Of a stretch of DNA of 64,000 nucleotides, positions 9,891 to 20,357 are shown piece by piece. The first letter of the stretch is position 1, and every line of letters starts with the position of its first letter. The notes beneath the pieces are model-generated. The model worked only from the letters and a program-made list of their open reading frames with translations, did not search any database and had not been told where the DNA came from. Origin of the DNA: an uncultured Candidatus Saccharibacteria bacterium. Lineage in GTDB: Bacteria; Patescibacteriota; Dojkabacteria; SC72. Both the position numbers and the translations under genes were made by a program. The stretch lies in the NCBI GenBank assembly GCA_964655705.1, contig CAZZPP010000005.1, forward strand, positions 10,035 through 74,034, in the 5' to 3' direction.

Positions 9891-11663
9891 TTACCAAAGA
9901 GAACCTAACCAATCAAATATTGAAATGGAGATACCTAATACAGACTTTCCACTACTGTTACTTCTACTTAGCGACTTAAGGTATGTCATATCTACTACTA
10001 TTTGGGCAGTACTCTTTGTACCATTGTTAAATACTGCCTCGACTTTAATCCAATGCTGTGAATGATTAAACAACTCTTGAGAGAGTATGAATGACCCAGA
10101 TTGTTGGGTAGATGATTCAATCTCCTTGTTATCTACATATACAGTAATCTTTGATACATTGTTTTCTTCTGTAATAGGTGTAAGAGTATATTTAACCTCG
10201 ATATCTCCTACTTCAGTTGGAATATACTTATTCCCTTTTGATAGTAATGGTTGGGTTATGGAGATGACCTGAGGAGTTACTGTTTTTGTTTTCTTAGGTA
10301 CCGGTACAACCTGTGGGGTTTCCTCTTCAGGCTCTTCAATTACAGGAGTCTCTTGGGGAGTTTCTTCTACAGGTTCAGGTTCTAGTTGTGCTACTGCTGT
10401 AGTTAAATCAATTAATCCATATCCAAAAAGAATATCTTTACCAACCTCTCCTAAATCAATAGCACTCTCTCTTAAGAGGGTCCTAATTTCTGAAGTTGAG
10501 CATGTTGTACATATTGACATTAGTAAAGCAGCAGCCCCACTTACATGAGGAGTTGCCATACTAGTTCCACTTAAATACTTGTAAGTACTACCAATATATG
10601 TTGAGTAATTGTAAACACCAGGAGCAGCTAGTTCGCCCCCAATGTTACTAAAACTTGCCAGTAAATTGTTTTTGTCTGTAGCTACTACACATACAGCATT
10701 AGTATATGCTCCAGGATATGAACAGGGAGCACCACCATCGTTACCTGCTGCGGCTACAACTAGCACTCCTTTGTTTGCAGCATAGTTAACAGCGTCTTTA
10801 AGGATTAAAGAGTCTGTGGGAGAGCCCAAACTTAGATTAATTACTCTAGCCCCATTATCTGCTGCGTAATATATACCCTTGGCAACATCAGAGAGATATC
10901 CATATCCCTGAGCGTTTAATACTTTAACGGGTAATATCTTTGCAGAGTGTCCGACACCAACCACTCCAGCTTGATTAAAAGAGGAACTTGTAATACCTGC
11001 AACATGTGTACCATGCCCATTGTCATCATTGGCATCAGAGTCACCATTAACAAAATCATAGCCTACTAAAAGGTTACTTACCAAATCAGGATGGTCTTTC
11101 TGGACACCTGTATCAACTACTGCAACTTTAATACCACTGCCTGAGCCACTACTCCATACTTTGTCAGCACCAATCCTTGAAATACCCCAATCTATGGTAT
11201 CTGCAAACATTTTAATTGGTATATCTGTTTCCACTTGGGCATCTAAATCATTCTGTAGAGAAGGTAGATCACTCTCTGGTGAGATACTTACAACATATAT
11301 ACCATTACTTTGTTCGTCTTCAGAAAATGTTACATCGTATTTCTCTTCTAGTGCATCGATTTCTGTCTGAGAAAGAGGGGTCTCTACTTTAACAACTTTT
11401 CTACTCTCTTGGACTTCTAGTATTCCCTGCTTACTCTCATTGACATCGTCATTGTCCATCTGAGGGAGATCTTCTCTGTTTTCTAGAATAGGTGTACTAG
11501 TGGTGATATATCTAGAGGTAATAGCTTCCTCTGCTAAATCTACTTCTGGATTTTGTTGACCAGGGGATATGAACAGTGAAACTAAAAGGATGAATAGTAT
11601 GAATCCAAAGAGTAAGATTCCAGTCCCAAGTAAGGTAAACATCTTTTTGTTGCTATCTTCCAT
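9891..11663 (-). CDS. Membrane-anchored subtilisin-like S8 serine protease
   Basis: VAVVDTG, NGHGTHVAG, AAAGN and SGTSMATPHV catalytic motifs; N-terminal TM. Confidence 0.93.
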   Translation of the reverse strand: MEDSNKKMFTLLGTGILLFGFILFILLVSLFISPGQQNPEVDLAEEAITSRYITTSTPILENREDLPQMDNDDVNESKQGILEVQESRKVVKVETPLSQTEIDALEEKYDVTFSEDEQSNGIYVVSISPESDLPSLQNDLDAQVETDIPIKMFADTIDWGISRIGADKVWSSGSGSGIKVAVVDTGVQKDHPDLVSNLLVGYDFVNGDSDANDDNGHGTHVAGITSSSFNQAGVVGVGHSAKILPVKVLNAQGYGYLSDVAKGIYYAADNGARVINLSLGSPTDSLILKDAVNYAANKGVLVVAAAGNDGGAPCSYPGAYTNAVCVVATDKNNLLASFSNIGGELAAPGVYNYSTYIGSTYKYLSGTSMATPHVSGAAALLMSICTTCSTSEIRTLLRESAIDLGEVGKDILFGYGLIDLTTAVAQLEPEPVEETPQETPVIEEPEEETPQVVPVPKKTKTVTPQVISITQPLLSKGNKYIPTEVGDIEVKYTLTPITEENNVSKITVYVDNKEIESSTQQSGSFILSQELFNHSQHWIKVEAVFNNGTKSTAQIVVDMTYLKSLSRSNSSGKSVLGISISIFDWLGSLW

Positions 11664-11754
11664 TTAGAAATAAAAAGAATTTAAATATTGTATGTATATA
11701 TATTTAACAGTCTATGGGGATAAAAATCAAGGATACAATGGTATAATTGGGGAT

Positions 11755-13263
11755 ATGCTTAGTATTAACAATATTTCAATCTCAAAGGGAGGGAATGAAA
11801 TTTTGAAAAATGTGTCATTGTATTTAGGGCCTACTGAAAAAATTGGTCTAGTTGGTGTTAATGGTGCAGGAAAATCTACCCTCTTAAAAATAGTTGCGGG
11901 AAAAGAAGAACCAGATCTCGGAGATATCCATATGAGTGGATCAATATCATACCTCTCCCAGGAGATACATAAGGAGATGATTGAGGGGATGTCTACTCTA
12001 CAAGATCTAACTATTGGAGAATACATAATCATTGAAAAGGGTTTAGATATACAGGAATGGGAGATTAACAAGATGCTAAATAATATGAATATGCAAGGTA
12101 AGACATCGGATTCCATCCTTCAGGAACTGTCTGGTGGCCAGAAGATAAAAGTTGAATTAATTAGAATACTTAATCAGAAATCTTCTCTTTTAATTCTAGA
12201 TGAGCCTACTAACTTCCTAGATATCCCTTCTGCACAATGGTTAATGGGTTTTCTAGTTACCTACCCATCTTCTGTATTAGTTGTATCCCATGATTTAAGA
12301 TTAATGAACAAAGGGATTCAAAAGATATGGTATTTAAATGATATTAAACATGAGGTAGAGGTATACAAAGGTAACTATGATGCTTTCCTAAAACAGATTG
12401 CACTTAAAGATGAGTTACTTCACAAAGAATTAAAAGCGCAGGAGAGAAAAGCAAAAAGAATATATGAGTATGCTAAGACCCTTTCTAGTAGAGGACAAAC
12501 CAAAGAGAAGATGAAAGCTGCAAAAAAGTTTGAACAAGCTATTAAAGAGAAAGAGAAGTTAAAAGCCTTAGAAAAGGAATTGCAAAAAAGTAAGAAGATG
12601 AATATACAGATACCAACCCCCTTACCCTCTAGTAGAAATATTCTTGTGGTAGAACATATTTCAAAGGAATATATTAAGGGTGCTAAAGTACTTAAGGATA
12701 TTTCTTTTGAAATTGAGAAAGGGGAAAAAGTTGCAGTTATTGGTAAAAATGGTGTAGGTAAGACAACTCTTCTAAAGATTTTAGTTAACAAATTAGATCA
12801 AAGTAAAGGAAGATATTCATGGGGAAAGGGTGTAGATATTGGTTACTACTCTCAAGAATATGAGGGTTTAGATTATGAACAAACAGTATTAGAGAATATA
12901 TATGGTCTGAATTGGGGGGATATTGATAGGAGGGCATTTTTAGGTAGATTTTTACTTGTGGGTGATATGGTAAATCAAAAGATTAAGACTCTTTCTGGAG
13001 GTGAGAAGACCAGGCTTGCATTAGCTAAACTTTTTGCAAACAGGCATAATGTATTGGTTTTAGATGAACCAACTACATATCTAGATTTTGATTCTCAGAA
13101 TGTATTGCTTACCGCCTTAAAGGAGTACAAAGGCACAATACTGTTAGTAAGTCATCAACCCCAATTTGTTAGACTGTTAGGAATAGACAAGGTGTTACTT
13201 ATGCCTGATGAGAAGTTCGGCTACTTTAAGGAAGAGTATATTGAGAGGGTAGGAATAATTTAA
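11755..13263 (+). CDS. ABC-F family ribosome-associated ATPase
   Basis: Two ABC cassettes (GVNGAGKST/LSGGQ/LDEPTN and GKNGVGKTT/LSGGE/LDEPTT) with a coiled linker and no TM; start moved to the ATG at 11755. Confidence 0.9.
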   Translation: MLSINNISISKGGNEILKNVSLYLGPTEKIGLVGVNGAGKSTLLKIVAGKEEPDLGDIHMSGSISYLSQEIHKEMIEGMSTLQDLTIGEYIIIEKGLDIQEWEINKMLNNMNMQGKTSDSILQELSGGQKIKVELIRILNQKSSLLILDEPTNFLDIPSAQWLMGFLVTYPSSVLVVSHDLRLMNKGIQKIWYLNDIKHEVEVYKGNYDAFLKQIALKDELLHKELKAQERKAKRIYEYAKTLSSRGQTKEKMKAAKKFEQAIKEKEKLKALEKELQKSKKMNIQIPTPLPSSRNILVVEHISKEYIKGAKVLKDISFEIEKGEKVAVIGKNGVGKTTLLKILVNKLDQSKGRYSWGKGVDIGYYSQEYEGLDYEQTVLENIYGLNWGDIDRRAFLGRFLLVGDMVNQKIKTLSGGEKTRLALAKLFANRHNVLVLDEPTTYLDFDSQNVLLTALKEYKGTILLVSHQPQFVRLLGIDKVLLMPDEKFGYFKEEYIERVGII

Positions 13264-13325
13264 GAGGAATTGCATAATTATTCAATTTCCCATATATTAA
13301 TATGTAACCTTACACACATATATAC

Positions 13326-14660
13326 ATGAAGAAATATGAGTATGTGATAGTTGGTGCTGGTCCTGCAGGATTGTTTGCATGTTATGAACTTCTTAGAAAG
13401 AGAAAAAAGGGTATCCTTCTAATTGATAGTGGTAAGAGAATTGAAGAGAGAAGACCCTCTGATATTATGGAGGGTATTGGGGGTGCAGGGACTTACTCTG
13501 ATGGGAAATTGACTCTTACAGCAAACCTTTCTCATGAGAAAGCATTTCATTTGATTTCTAGGAGTGAATATCAAAAGATCTTAGACAATGTTGATACAAT
13601 CTTTACTAAGTTTGGAGTAGACTCACAGTACTATCCCAAACAGACAGAGGAATTAAAACAACTAATTGGAGAGGCGGAAACAAACGATGTTGAGTTGGTA
13701 ATTAGGAAAGCAAGACATGTGGGTACAGACAAATTAAAGGAGTTTGTACATAACTTCCAAGAATACATTCTTTCTAAAGGGGTTGAGATTAGAGATAGTA
13801 CTACGGTTGAAGATATCATAGTCGAAAAAAATAGTGTTAAAGGTGTAGTTACCAAAGAAGGTAAGAAGATATATACACAGAAGGTCCTTTTAGCACCTGG
13901 GAGAATTAATGCACGTTGGTTACAGAAATTAGCAGATAGGCATGGGATTAAATATATATATGACAAGGTTGAGGTAGGTGTAAGAGTGGAATTTCCATCT
14001 AGTATTATGCAAAGACAGGCTCAAACTTTGTATGAAACTGTATACAGGATTAGAACAAAAACATATCAAGATATTGTTAGAACTTTTTGTAGTTGTCCTA
14101 ATGGTTTGGTTGCTATTGAGAAATATGATAGTTACATTTGTGTAAATGGTCATTCTAATTCAGATCATTTGAGTAAGAACTCTAACTTTGCTTTCCTGTG
14201 TGAAGTTAATTTAAAAGAGCCATTAGAGAATTCCATTGCATATGCGAAATCTGTTGCAGAATTAACCTCACTTTTAGGAGGAGGAAAACCCCTACTCCAG
14301 AGCTTGTATGACCTAAGAGATGGTAGAAGGAGTACATGGTCTAGGTTAGAGAAATCTTTTGTAATACCCTCACTTCAAGATGTTGTCCCAGGGGATATAT
14401 CAATGGGATTACCTCATAGGATAGTTTTAAATATTATTGAAGGTTTAGAATTACTAGATAAGGTAATGCCTGGTATAAATTCGGGATCTACCTTGCTTTA
14501 TGCTCCAGAGGTTAAGTTTAGATCCTCTAAGATTGAGACAGATAGGGGGTTGCAAACTTCAATAGAGGGTGTGTATGTTGCAGGTGATGCTGCTGGACTA
14601 TCTGGTTCGATTACAGGAGCCTGTGTAACTGGAATAATGGCTGCAAGAGGTATGAATTAG
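13326..14660 (+). CDS. Uncharacterised FAD-dependent oxidoreductase (COG2509-like)
   Basis: IVGAGPAG, GGAGTYSDGKL, VRTFCSCPNG, VNGHS and YVAGD motifs. Confidence 0.85.
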   Translation: MKKYEYVIVGAGPAGLFACYELLRKRKKGILLIDSGKRIEERRPSDIMEGIGGAGTYSDGKLTLTANLSHEKAFHLISRSEYQKILDNVDTIFTKFGVDSQYYPKQTEELKQLIGEAETNDVELVIRKARHVGTDKLKEFVHNFQEYILSKGVEIRDSTTVEDIIVEKNSVKGVVTKEGKKIYTQKVLLAPGRINARWLQKLADRHGIKYIYDKVEVGVRVEFPSSIMQRQAQTLYETVYRIRTKTYQDIVRTFCSCPNGLVAIEKYDSYICVNGHSNSDHLSKNSNFAFLCEVNLKEPLENSIAYAKSVAELTSLLGGGKPLLQSLYDLRDGRRSTWSRLEKSFVIPSLQDVVPGDISMGLPHRIVLNIIEGLELLDKVMPGINSGSTLLYAPEVKFRSSKIETDRGLQTSIEGVYVAGDAAGLSGSITGACVTGIMAARGMN

Positions 14661-15424
14661 TTTAGTAGTTTACTAATATTCTTTTTAACAAAGATAGTAG
14701 CTTCTTCATTTGAGTTCTCTACCTTAACTCTTTTGTCAGTATGAGTTAGATATACGCAGTATTTGTATCCAGCCTCAATAGCAGGATATATGTCAGAGGT
14801 AAGACTATCTCCTATAACTAAGGTTTTATTTAAATCTAATTTAAAATGTCTACCTGCATTTATCCACCCTAATTTATCTTTTGAGTCATTAATATCTGTT
14901 GTAAAAAACGGTAATTCCAATTCTTTATTATATCTCTGTCCATATTCCCTCTTTATTTTCTCAACCTTTGTATATGTCCAACCATCTTGCGCATGAGAGT
15001 ATACTCCCATATTAATAGTATATTTTGCTAATTTAAAAAGGCTCTCAACTGTATATGGGAATAACTGTGGGGATGATGTATAGAAATCCTTGTAAAGAGA
15101 TTGTAATTTATTCAATACTTTTTCATCACTAATCTTAATATTGTTATCTTTACAATATTTAGATATCCCTTCTAGTGAAAGTGCATCAACTAGCATAGGA
15201 CCAGAACCACTCCTATACACCTCATTAGTAATATTTAGAATGTCTCTCGTAATCTTCAATTGTTTTCTTAAGGGTAGACTCTTAAAGATATCACTTACGA
15301 TGATTAGTATGGCATTTGTCATCTCCTCTGCAAAATAGACCTTAGTATCTACCAAGGTTCTGTCCATATCAAAGAGAACAAACTGTATCTCATTACTTAC
15401 AATCAATTTCTTTATCTCATTCAT
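14657..15424 (-). CDS. HAD-superfamily hydrolase
   Basis: LFDMDRTLVD motif I and IGDSLTSDI motif IV. Confidence 0.8.
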   Translation of the reverse strand: MNEIKKLIVSNEIQFVLFDMDRTLVDTKVYFAEEMTNAILIIVSDIFKSLPLRKQLKITRDILNITNEVYRSGSGPMLVDALSLEGISKYCKDNNIKISDEKVLNKLQSLYKDFYTSSPQLFPYTVESLFKLAKYTINMGVYSHAQDGWTYTKVEKIKREYGQRYNKELELPFFTTDINDSKDKLGWINAGRHFKLDLNKTLVIGDSLTSDIYPAIEAGYKYCVYLTHTDKRVKVENSNEEATIFVKKNISKLLN

Positions 15425-15432
15425 GGTAATAT

Positions 15433-15849
15433 TTAAACTTTTTTAATTTTTAGTTCTACTACTGCCTGCTCACTAGCATTAAAGTTACCTTCTTTCTGGA
15501 AATTAGTAATAACTTGTGCACAGACCATATCTTGTGAGGGCTTAATTACCTCTACTAGTACAGTAACTTGCTCTGGATAGCTTTCTTGTATGATTACTTC
15601 AATATATGCATCGTAACAGGGGTTGGGAAACTTTCCTGTAACTTTGTAGTTCCATTTATTCTCAGAGACATATTCTTTTTCAAGTACTAAGTCATATATT
15701 TGAGTTGGGTGTTTTGTTTTTTCATTTGGTAATTCCCTTTCCTTTTTGGAATTAAAGAAAAGCAAAGGAAGGAGAATTGTAAGCAAAAAGATTGAGGTAG
15801 TAGATATTACAATTAAAGATTTTTTTCTTTTTAAAATACTAAAATTCAT
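15433..15849 (-). CDS. Membrane-anchored hypothetical protein
   Basis: N-terminal TM; PNPCY...VCAQVIT Cys pair. Confidence 0.6.
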   Translation of the reverse strand: MNFSILKRKKSLIVISTTSIFLLTILLPLLFFNSKKERELPNEKTKHPTQIYDLVLEKEYVSENKWNYKVTGKFPNPCYDAYIEVIIQESYPEQVTVLVEVIKPSQDMVCAQVITNFQKEGNFNASEQAVVELKIKKV

Positions 15850-15851
15850 TT

Positions 15852-16466
15852 CTATTTGCTATTCCTGTTCTCATACTTGTAAATTAGAAGTGACCATATA
15901 CTTGCCCCAATTATTAGAATACCAGAGATTGATATTACCAAATCAAAATAGAGATCTCCAATATTAGCAATTAGCCCCCCAATAATACTAATTAAACCAG
16001 TACATATACTCATAACAGTATCATATGCTGCATATTGTCTTCCTTCCCTACCACCATCAATATTTAAAGCAAAAAGTTTTCTCCAATTAGTTACATTTAA
16101 TGCAACGCCTAGACCAAAGAGAAATTGAAGAATGTAGTAATGGACTGGTTGAGATATCTGAGCATAGAAGAGAAAGGGTATACCCATTAAAATTGTTCCT
16201 AATATTAGTAAATATATTTCATCCTTGTCCTTTTTGATTCTATCTGTAATATGTCCTATGGGTATTTGGAATATCGCTCTTGTAAAGAAGTATATGGCTG
16301 TTCCAATACCAACAAATTGTATAGTATCCTGTCCCAATTTACTTGAAAGATAGAGGCCTGTTAATGCACCAATAATTGAATATGTGCCCCAAGAAAACAC
16401 ATCAGAGAGTGTTAAATATATGATAACCCTATTCAATTTCCTGATTCTTTCTTTTAAATCTATCAT
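15852..16466 (-). CDS. Half-size (about 6 TM) MFS-like transporter
   Basis: QIPIGHITDRIK resembles MFS motif A; start probably MIDLK at 16466. Confidence 0.7.
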   Translation of the reverse strand: MIDLKERIRKLNRVIIYLTLSDVFSWGTYSIIGALTGLYLSSKLGQDTIQFVGIGTAIYFFTRAIFQIPIGHITDRIKKDKDEIYLLILGTILMGIPFLFYAQISQPVHYYILQFLFGLGVALNVTNWRKLFALNIDGGREGRQYAAYDTVMSICTGLISIIGGLIANIGDLYFDLVISISGILIIGASIWSLLIYKYENRNSK

Positions 16467-16470
16467 TTTT

Positions 16471-16926
16471 CTATCCCCTTCTGTCAGAAAACCACCATTC
16501 TTTAACCATATCCATATCTCCCTCAACTCTAAGTATTTCTAAATGGGTATCTGCAAAGTGTAAGTATTCATTCTCTGGATTAACCTCCTGCTCTTTAACA
16601 GGGATAAATACAATCGTTGTATCTAACATTTCTGTATCTAGAGATCGGACTCCCTCCTCTCTAGTAACCCCATATATTACAATATCTTCAGGCATAATAT
16701 TATTTCCCTCAACGTAGTAATTAATTTCTCCTCCTGGGTAGAGCACTTTCATATTGAAATCATTGTTCTTAATTTTGTAAGGTACTTCACCCATGACTTT
16801 AAGTTCATTTGGGGTTAAAATACCTGACTTAGGAGTTAAAACAATGGGCATACATTTTAGTTCACCATTGTATTCCACTAAGCTTTCTCTTGTCTCAGTC
16901 AGTTTCTGATACTCTTGTAGTGTCAT
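16471..16926 (-). CDS. Hypothetical protein
   Basis: 151-aa ORF tightly packed in an operon-like run; no motif recognised. Confidence 0.55.
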   Translation of the reverse strand: MTLQEYQKLTETRESLVEYNGELKCMPIVLTPKSGILTPNELKVMGEVPYKIKNNDFNMKVLYPGGEINYYVEGNNIMPEDIVIYGVTREEGVRSLDTEMLDTTIVFIPVKEQEVNPENEYLHFADTHLEILRVEGDMDMVKEWWFSDRRG

Positions 16927-16932
16927 ATATAA

Positions 16933-18864
16933 TTAAGTAATTAAATTAGGTATTTGAGGCAGATCTTTCTTTTTAGAATAAATTTTCTTAAGACTAATTG
17001 ATAAAATTATTATTGATATTATTAACAAGAGTATTAGTACTACAAATATCCCTATCATTAATACTTTGTTGTTAGTATTAAATATGGGAGACCTATCTTC
17101 TCCTGCTGCTATCTTTTCATCACAAAGGTCTAAGATGGGTTGAAGAGTAACCGTTAGTGCAGGTTGTGTAATTAATATCTGTTCTAAAGATTCTTTTGCC
17201 CTCTTGTAATAACCCAGAGAGGCATCAGAGAGAGAGTTTTGGAGATTACTTCGCAAGGAGTTAATCTGTGGTTCTACAGATGAATTAGTTAAAAAGGAGA
17301 GTAACTCCTTACCTGATACTCCGTAATTAAAGTTCCCTGAATCTGAACTAAGACTATATGTTGCTACACCAACAACATTCCCTTGTTCATCAATAATTGG
17401 GCCTCCACTATTTCCTCCTTGTATTGCTGCATCTATCTGTATCAGATCATAGGTGTTGTTTGTATTTGGTTTAATAGCACTTATACTACCTTTAGTAACA
17501 CTAGAACTTAATACCTGTGTACTACTAATTAACTCAGAATCATCAGCAATAGCCGGGTATCCTACTACGTATATGGTTTGCCCTGTTGAATATCCAGAAG
17601 ATATTATTGGAGTTGATGGGAAATTAAATTCTCCATCTACCTGTAATACTGCTAAATCAGCAACTTGGGTAATATATGTCTCTTCTGAAAGAAGAGATTG
17701 ATAGAAGGAGGAGAGATCATTACTCTCTACCAAGTTTGCCTTGAAGTAATTCTCTTTGTCTAGAAGGCTCCCACTCTCCTCATCAAAAGTAAATATCTCA
17801 CTACCCTGGATATATATCTCCCTCTCTTTATCTGTGATAGTAATGTATCCTTGATCATATAGTTCGGCAAGTAAAATTGTTACAAAGTTAATCATCTCTT
17901 CCTCAGTTATCTGAGATATTGTTACATCATCAAATTCAGACTCGAGGAAATTAATAATATCTGTAATGAAATCAAGTTCATATGTCCCATCCTCTGACCA
18001 ACCTTCAATCAAGGAGTCCAAGTTGTTAGCATTCGCAACATGAGCATTAGTTACAATATATCCATTATCATTTACTACAAAACCACTACCAAATCCTGCT
18101 GAACATATTGTATATGTCTTTCCACCAATATTTAAATCATACAATTCATTTGAGAACATAACGGAGTTACACTCCTTGCTAAATATTCTAAGTGTAGAAG
18201 CTTGTCCAAGTAGTTGTGCTTGATTAATACTAGATACTGTTGCAGAAAGAACTTCTGAATTACTAGTTGCTTCATTTGGGAGACTACTTGATTCCATCAT
18301 TTTACTCAATATTGAAGTAAGTTGAATATCCTCTTTAAAATTGTATCCCCATATTTGTAAATAGGGGGTAACATTGTTAGGGAATCTCTTGTAGATTACT
18401 GTTAAATACTCTACAGATTCAGTAGAGTCATCTAGGAAAGAGGGCCTTTTGTATGAATACAAAGCTTTCCCAACCCCATTATCCATAACAGTTTCAATAT
18501 ATGTTAAACTCTGGAAATTATTCTGAATGTCATCTTCTCTTAATACCTTCAAAGAAGCACTCTTAAAAGATGACTTATCATCAATGGTTGAAAGAATAAT
18601 ATATTCATCCTCTTGGGATAGAGCAAAGTATCTAGTATCAAAGAAGAATTCTAAACCTAATGATTCTGAATAGTACTTCTCTAATGACATGTCATCAACT
18701 TTGTTAACTAAAAGAGTATTTGCTCCTTTGACACTTCCCTTTTCATACATGGCTCTTCCAACTGACAGTAATCCCACTAAAGAGAGAGTTAAAAGTAGAA
18801 TTGAGAATATGGAGTAAATCTGATATGTACGTATCTGTTTAGTAATTTTACTATCATTAATCAT
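16933..18864 (-). CDS. Trypsin-like (S1C) serine protease with N- and C-terminal TM anchors
   Basis: GSGFVV, VTNAHV, DLAVL and IQIDAAIQGGNSGGP motifs. Confidence 0.88.
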   Translation of the reverse strand: MINDSKITKQIRTYQIYSIFSILLLTLSLVGLLSVGRAMYEKGSVKGANTLLVNKVDDMSLEKYYSESLGLEFFFDTRYFALSQEDEYIILSTIDDKSSFKSASLKVLREDDIQNNFQSLTYIETVMDNGVGKALYSYKRPSFLDDSTESVEYLTVIYKRFPNNVTPYLQIWGYNFKEDIQLTSILSKMMESSSLPNEATSNSEVLSATVSSINQAQLLGQASTLRIFSKECNSVMFSNELYDLNIGGKTYTICSAGFGSGFVVNDNGYIVTNAHVANANNLDSLIEGWSEDGTYELDFITDIINFLESEFDDVTISQITEEEMINFVTILLAELYDQGYITITDKEREIYIQGSEIFTFDEESGSLLDKENYFKANLVESNDLSSFYQSLLSEETYITQVADLAVLQVDGEFNFPSTPIISSGYSTGQTIYVVGYPAIADDSELISSTQVLSSSVTKGSISAIKPNTNNTYDLIQIDAAIQGGNSGGPIIDEQGNVVGVATYSLSSDSGNFNYGVSGKELLSFLTNSSVEPQINSLRSNLQNSLSDASLGYYKRAKESLEQILITQPALTVTLQPILDLCDEKIAAGEDRSPIFNTNNKVLMIGIFVVLILLLIISIIILSISLKKIYSKKKDLPQIPNLIT

Positions 18865-18930
18865 CTATACATATTTGAAACTTAAATATCATAATTTAAC
18901 ATAGTTAGTTACAGTTTACAAACTTAGACA

Positions 18931-19986
18931 CTATTGAATTGTCCCTCCTCCTATGACATAGTCGTTATCGTAAAAAACAACAGCCTGCCCTGGGGTTATG
19001 GCTCTTTGAGGTGTATTAAATTTCACTTTAACATGACCATCTCCTAAAGGTTGGATTTTACAATCAGATGCTTTAGCACCATATCTAATCTTTGCTTTTG
19101 CGGATATTTCTTCTTTAAGGTCGTTAAAGGATATCCAATTTAGATGAGAAGCAATTAATTCATTTGAGTAGAGTTGTTCATTTGAACTAAGAACAACCTG
19201 GTTACTTTTTACATCGATATCTAAAACGTACATGGGTTTGCCTAATGAAACTCCTAAGTTTCTTCTCTGTCCAATCGTGTAGTTTGTAATACCACTATGG
19301 TATCCAATTACATTCCCATGGGTATCTACAAACTCTCCTTTTGGCATATCCTTTTTAGAGTTCTCTTGTAAATATCGTTTGTAATCATTGTTCTTTACAA
19401 AGCAAATCTCTTGGCTATCTGGTTTCTCGTGTGCTGGGAGATTAAGTTCTGAAGCAATTTCTCTTACCTGTTCTTTTTTTAATTCCCCTAGAGGAAATAT
19501 ACTCTTACTCAATTGTAACTGTGACAAGTTATATAGGAAGTAACTTTGATCTTTTTTTTTGTCAATTCCTTTTTTAAGAATGAACCTACTCCCTCTTTGT
19601 GCAACAGAGGCGTAATGTCCAGTAGAAATGTATTCAATATCTAAATCCTTTGCTTTTTCAATTAATCCTTGAAATTTAACATACCTATTACAAATTACAC
19701 AGGGATTGGGGGTATTGCCTAATTCATATTCAGATATGAAGTATTGTATGACGTATTTTTTGAAGTCGTTTTCTACATTGAATATGTAATGGGGAATACC
19801 TAGCATATTACAGACATTTTTGGCATCAGAGGTATTGGTAGACAGAGAAGTATCTTTCTCTTGTTGAAACATCTCTAATGTAACCCCTATTACATCGTAA
19901 CCATCATTTTTTAAAAGAGATGCGGCTACAGAGCTATCTACACCACCACTCATACCTATGAGTATTTTCTGTTTACTTTCCTTCAT
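18931..19986 (-). CDS. mnmA: tRNA 2-thiouridine(34) synthase
   Basis: MSGGVDSS, TPNPCVICN, TGHYA, KDQSYFL, DSQEICF, YTIGQR and AITPGQ motifs. Confidence 0.96.
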   Translation of the reverse strand: MKESKQKILIGMSGGVDSSVAASLLKNDGYDVIGVTLEMFQQEKDTSLSTNTSDAKNVCNMLGIPHYIFNVENDFKKYVIQYFISEYELGNTPNPCVICNRYVKFQGLIEKAKDLDIEYISTGHYASVAQRGSRFILKKGIDKKKDQSYFLYNLSQLQLSKSIFPLGELKKEQVREIASELNLPAHEKPDSQEICFVKNNDYKRYLQENSKKDMPKGEFVDTHGNVIGYHSGITNYTIGQRRNLGVSLGKPMYVLDIDVKSNQVVLSSNEQLYSNELIASHLNWISFNDLKEEISAKAKIRYGAKASDCKIQPLGDGHVKVKFNTPQRAITPGQAVVFYDNDYVIGGGTIQ

Positions 19987-20353
19987 TCTTCCTTTTGTAA
20001 TCATCTATTGCTGCTTTAATGCCTTGAGCTGCAAGGTTAGAGCAGTGCATTTTAACTGGAGGTAATCCATCTAGTGCTTCTGCTACCTCTTTGTTAGTTA
20101 TATCCAAAGCACTTTGGAGTGATTTACCCTTAACAAGTTCTGTAACCATGCTACTTGTAGCTACCGCTGCACCACATCCGAATGTAAGGAATTTAATGTC
20201 GGTGATTGTATTATCTTTAACTTTGATATACATTCTCATTATATCTCCACATACAGGATTACCTACTTCTCCAATTCCATCTGGATTTTCCATTTCTCCT
20301 ACATTCCTAGGATTAAGAAAGTGATCCATAACTTTTTTACTATACTCTTCCAT
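19973..20353 (-). CDS. iscU: Fe-S cluster scaffold IscU/NifU
   Basis: HFLNPRNVG, GNPVCGD, TFGCG and LPPVKMHCS motifs. Confidence 0.95.
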   Translation of the reverse strand: MEEYSKKVMDHFLNPRNVGEMENPDGIGEVGNPVCGDIMRMYIKVKDNTITDIKFLTFGCGAAVATSSMVTELVKGKSLQSALDITNKEVAEALDGLPPVKMHCSNLAAQGIKAAIDDYKRKNEGK

Positions 20354-20357
20354 ATCT

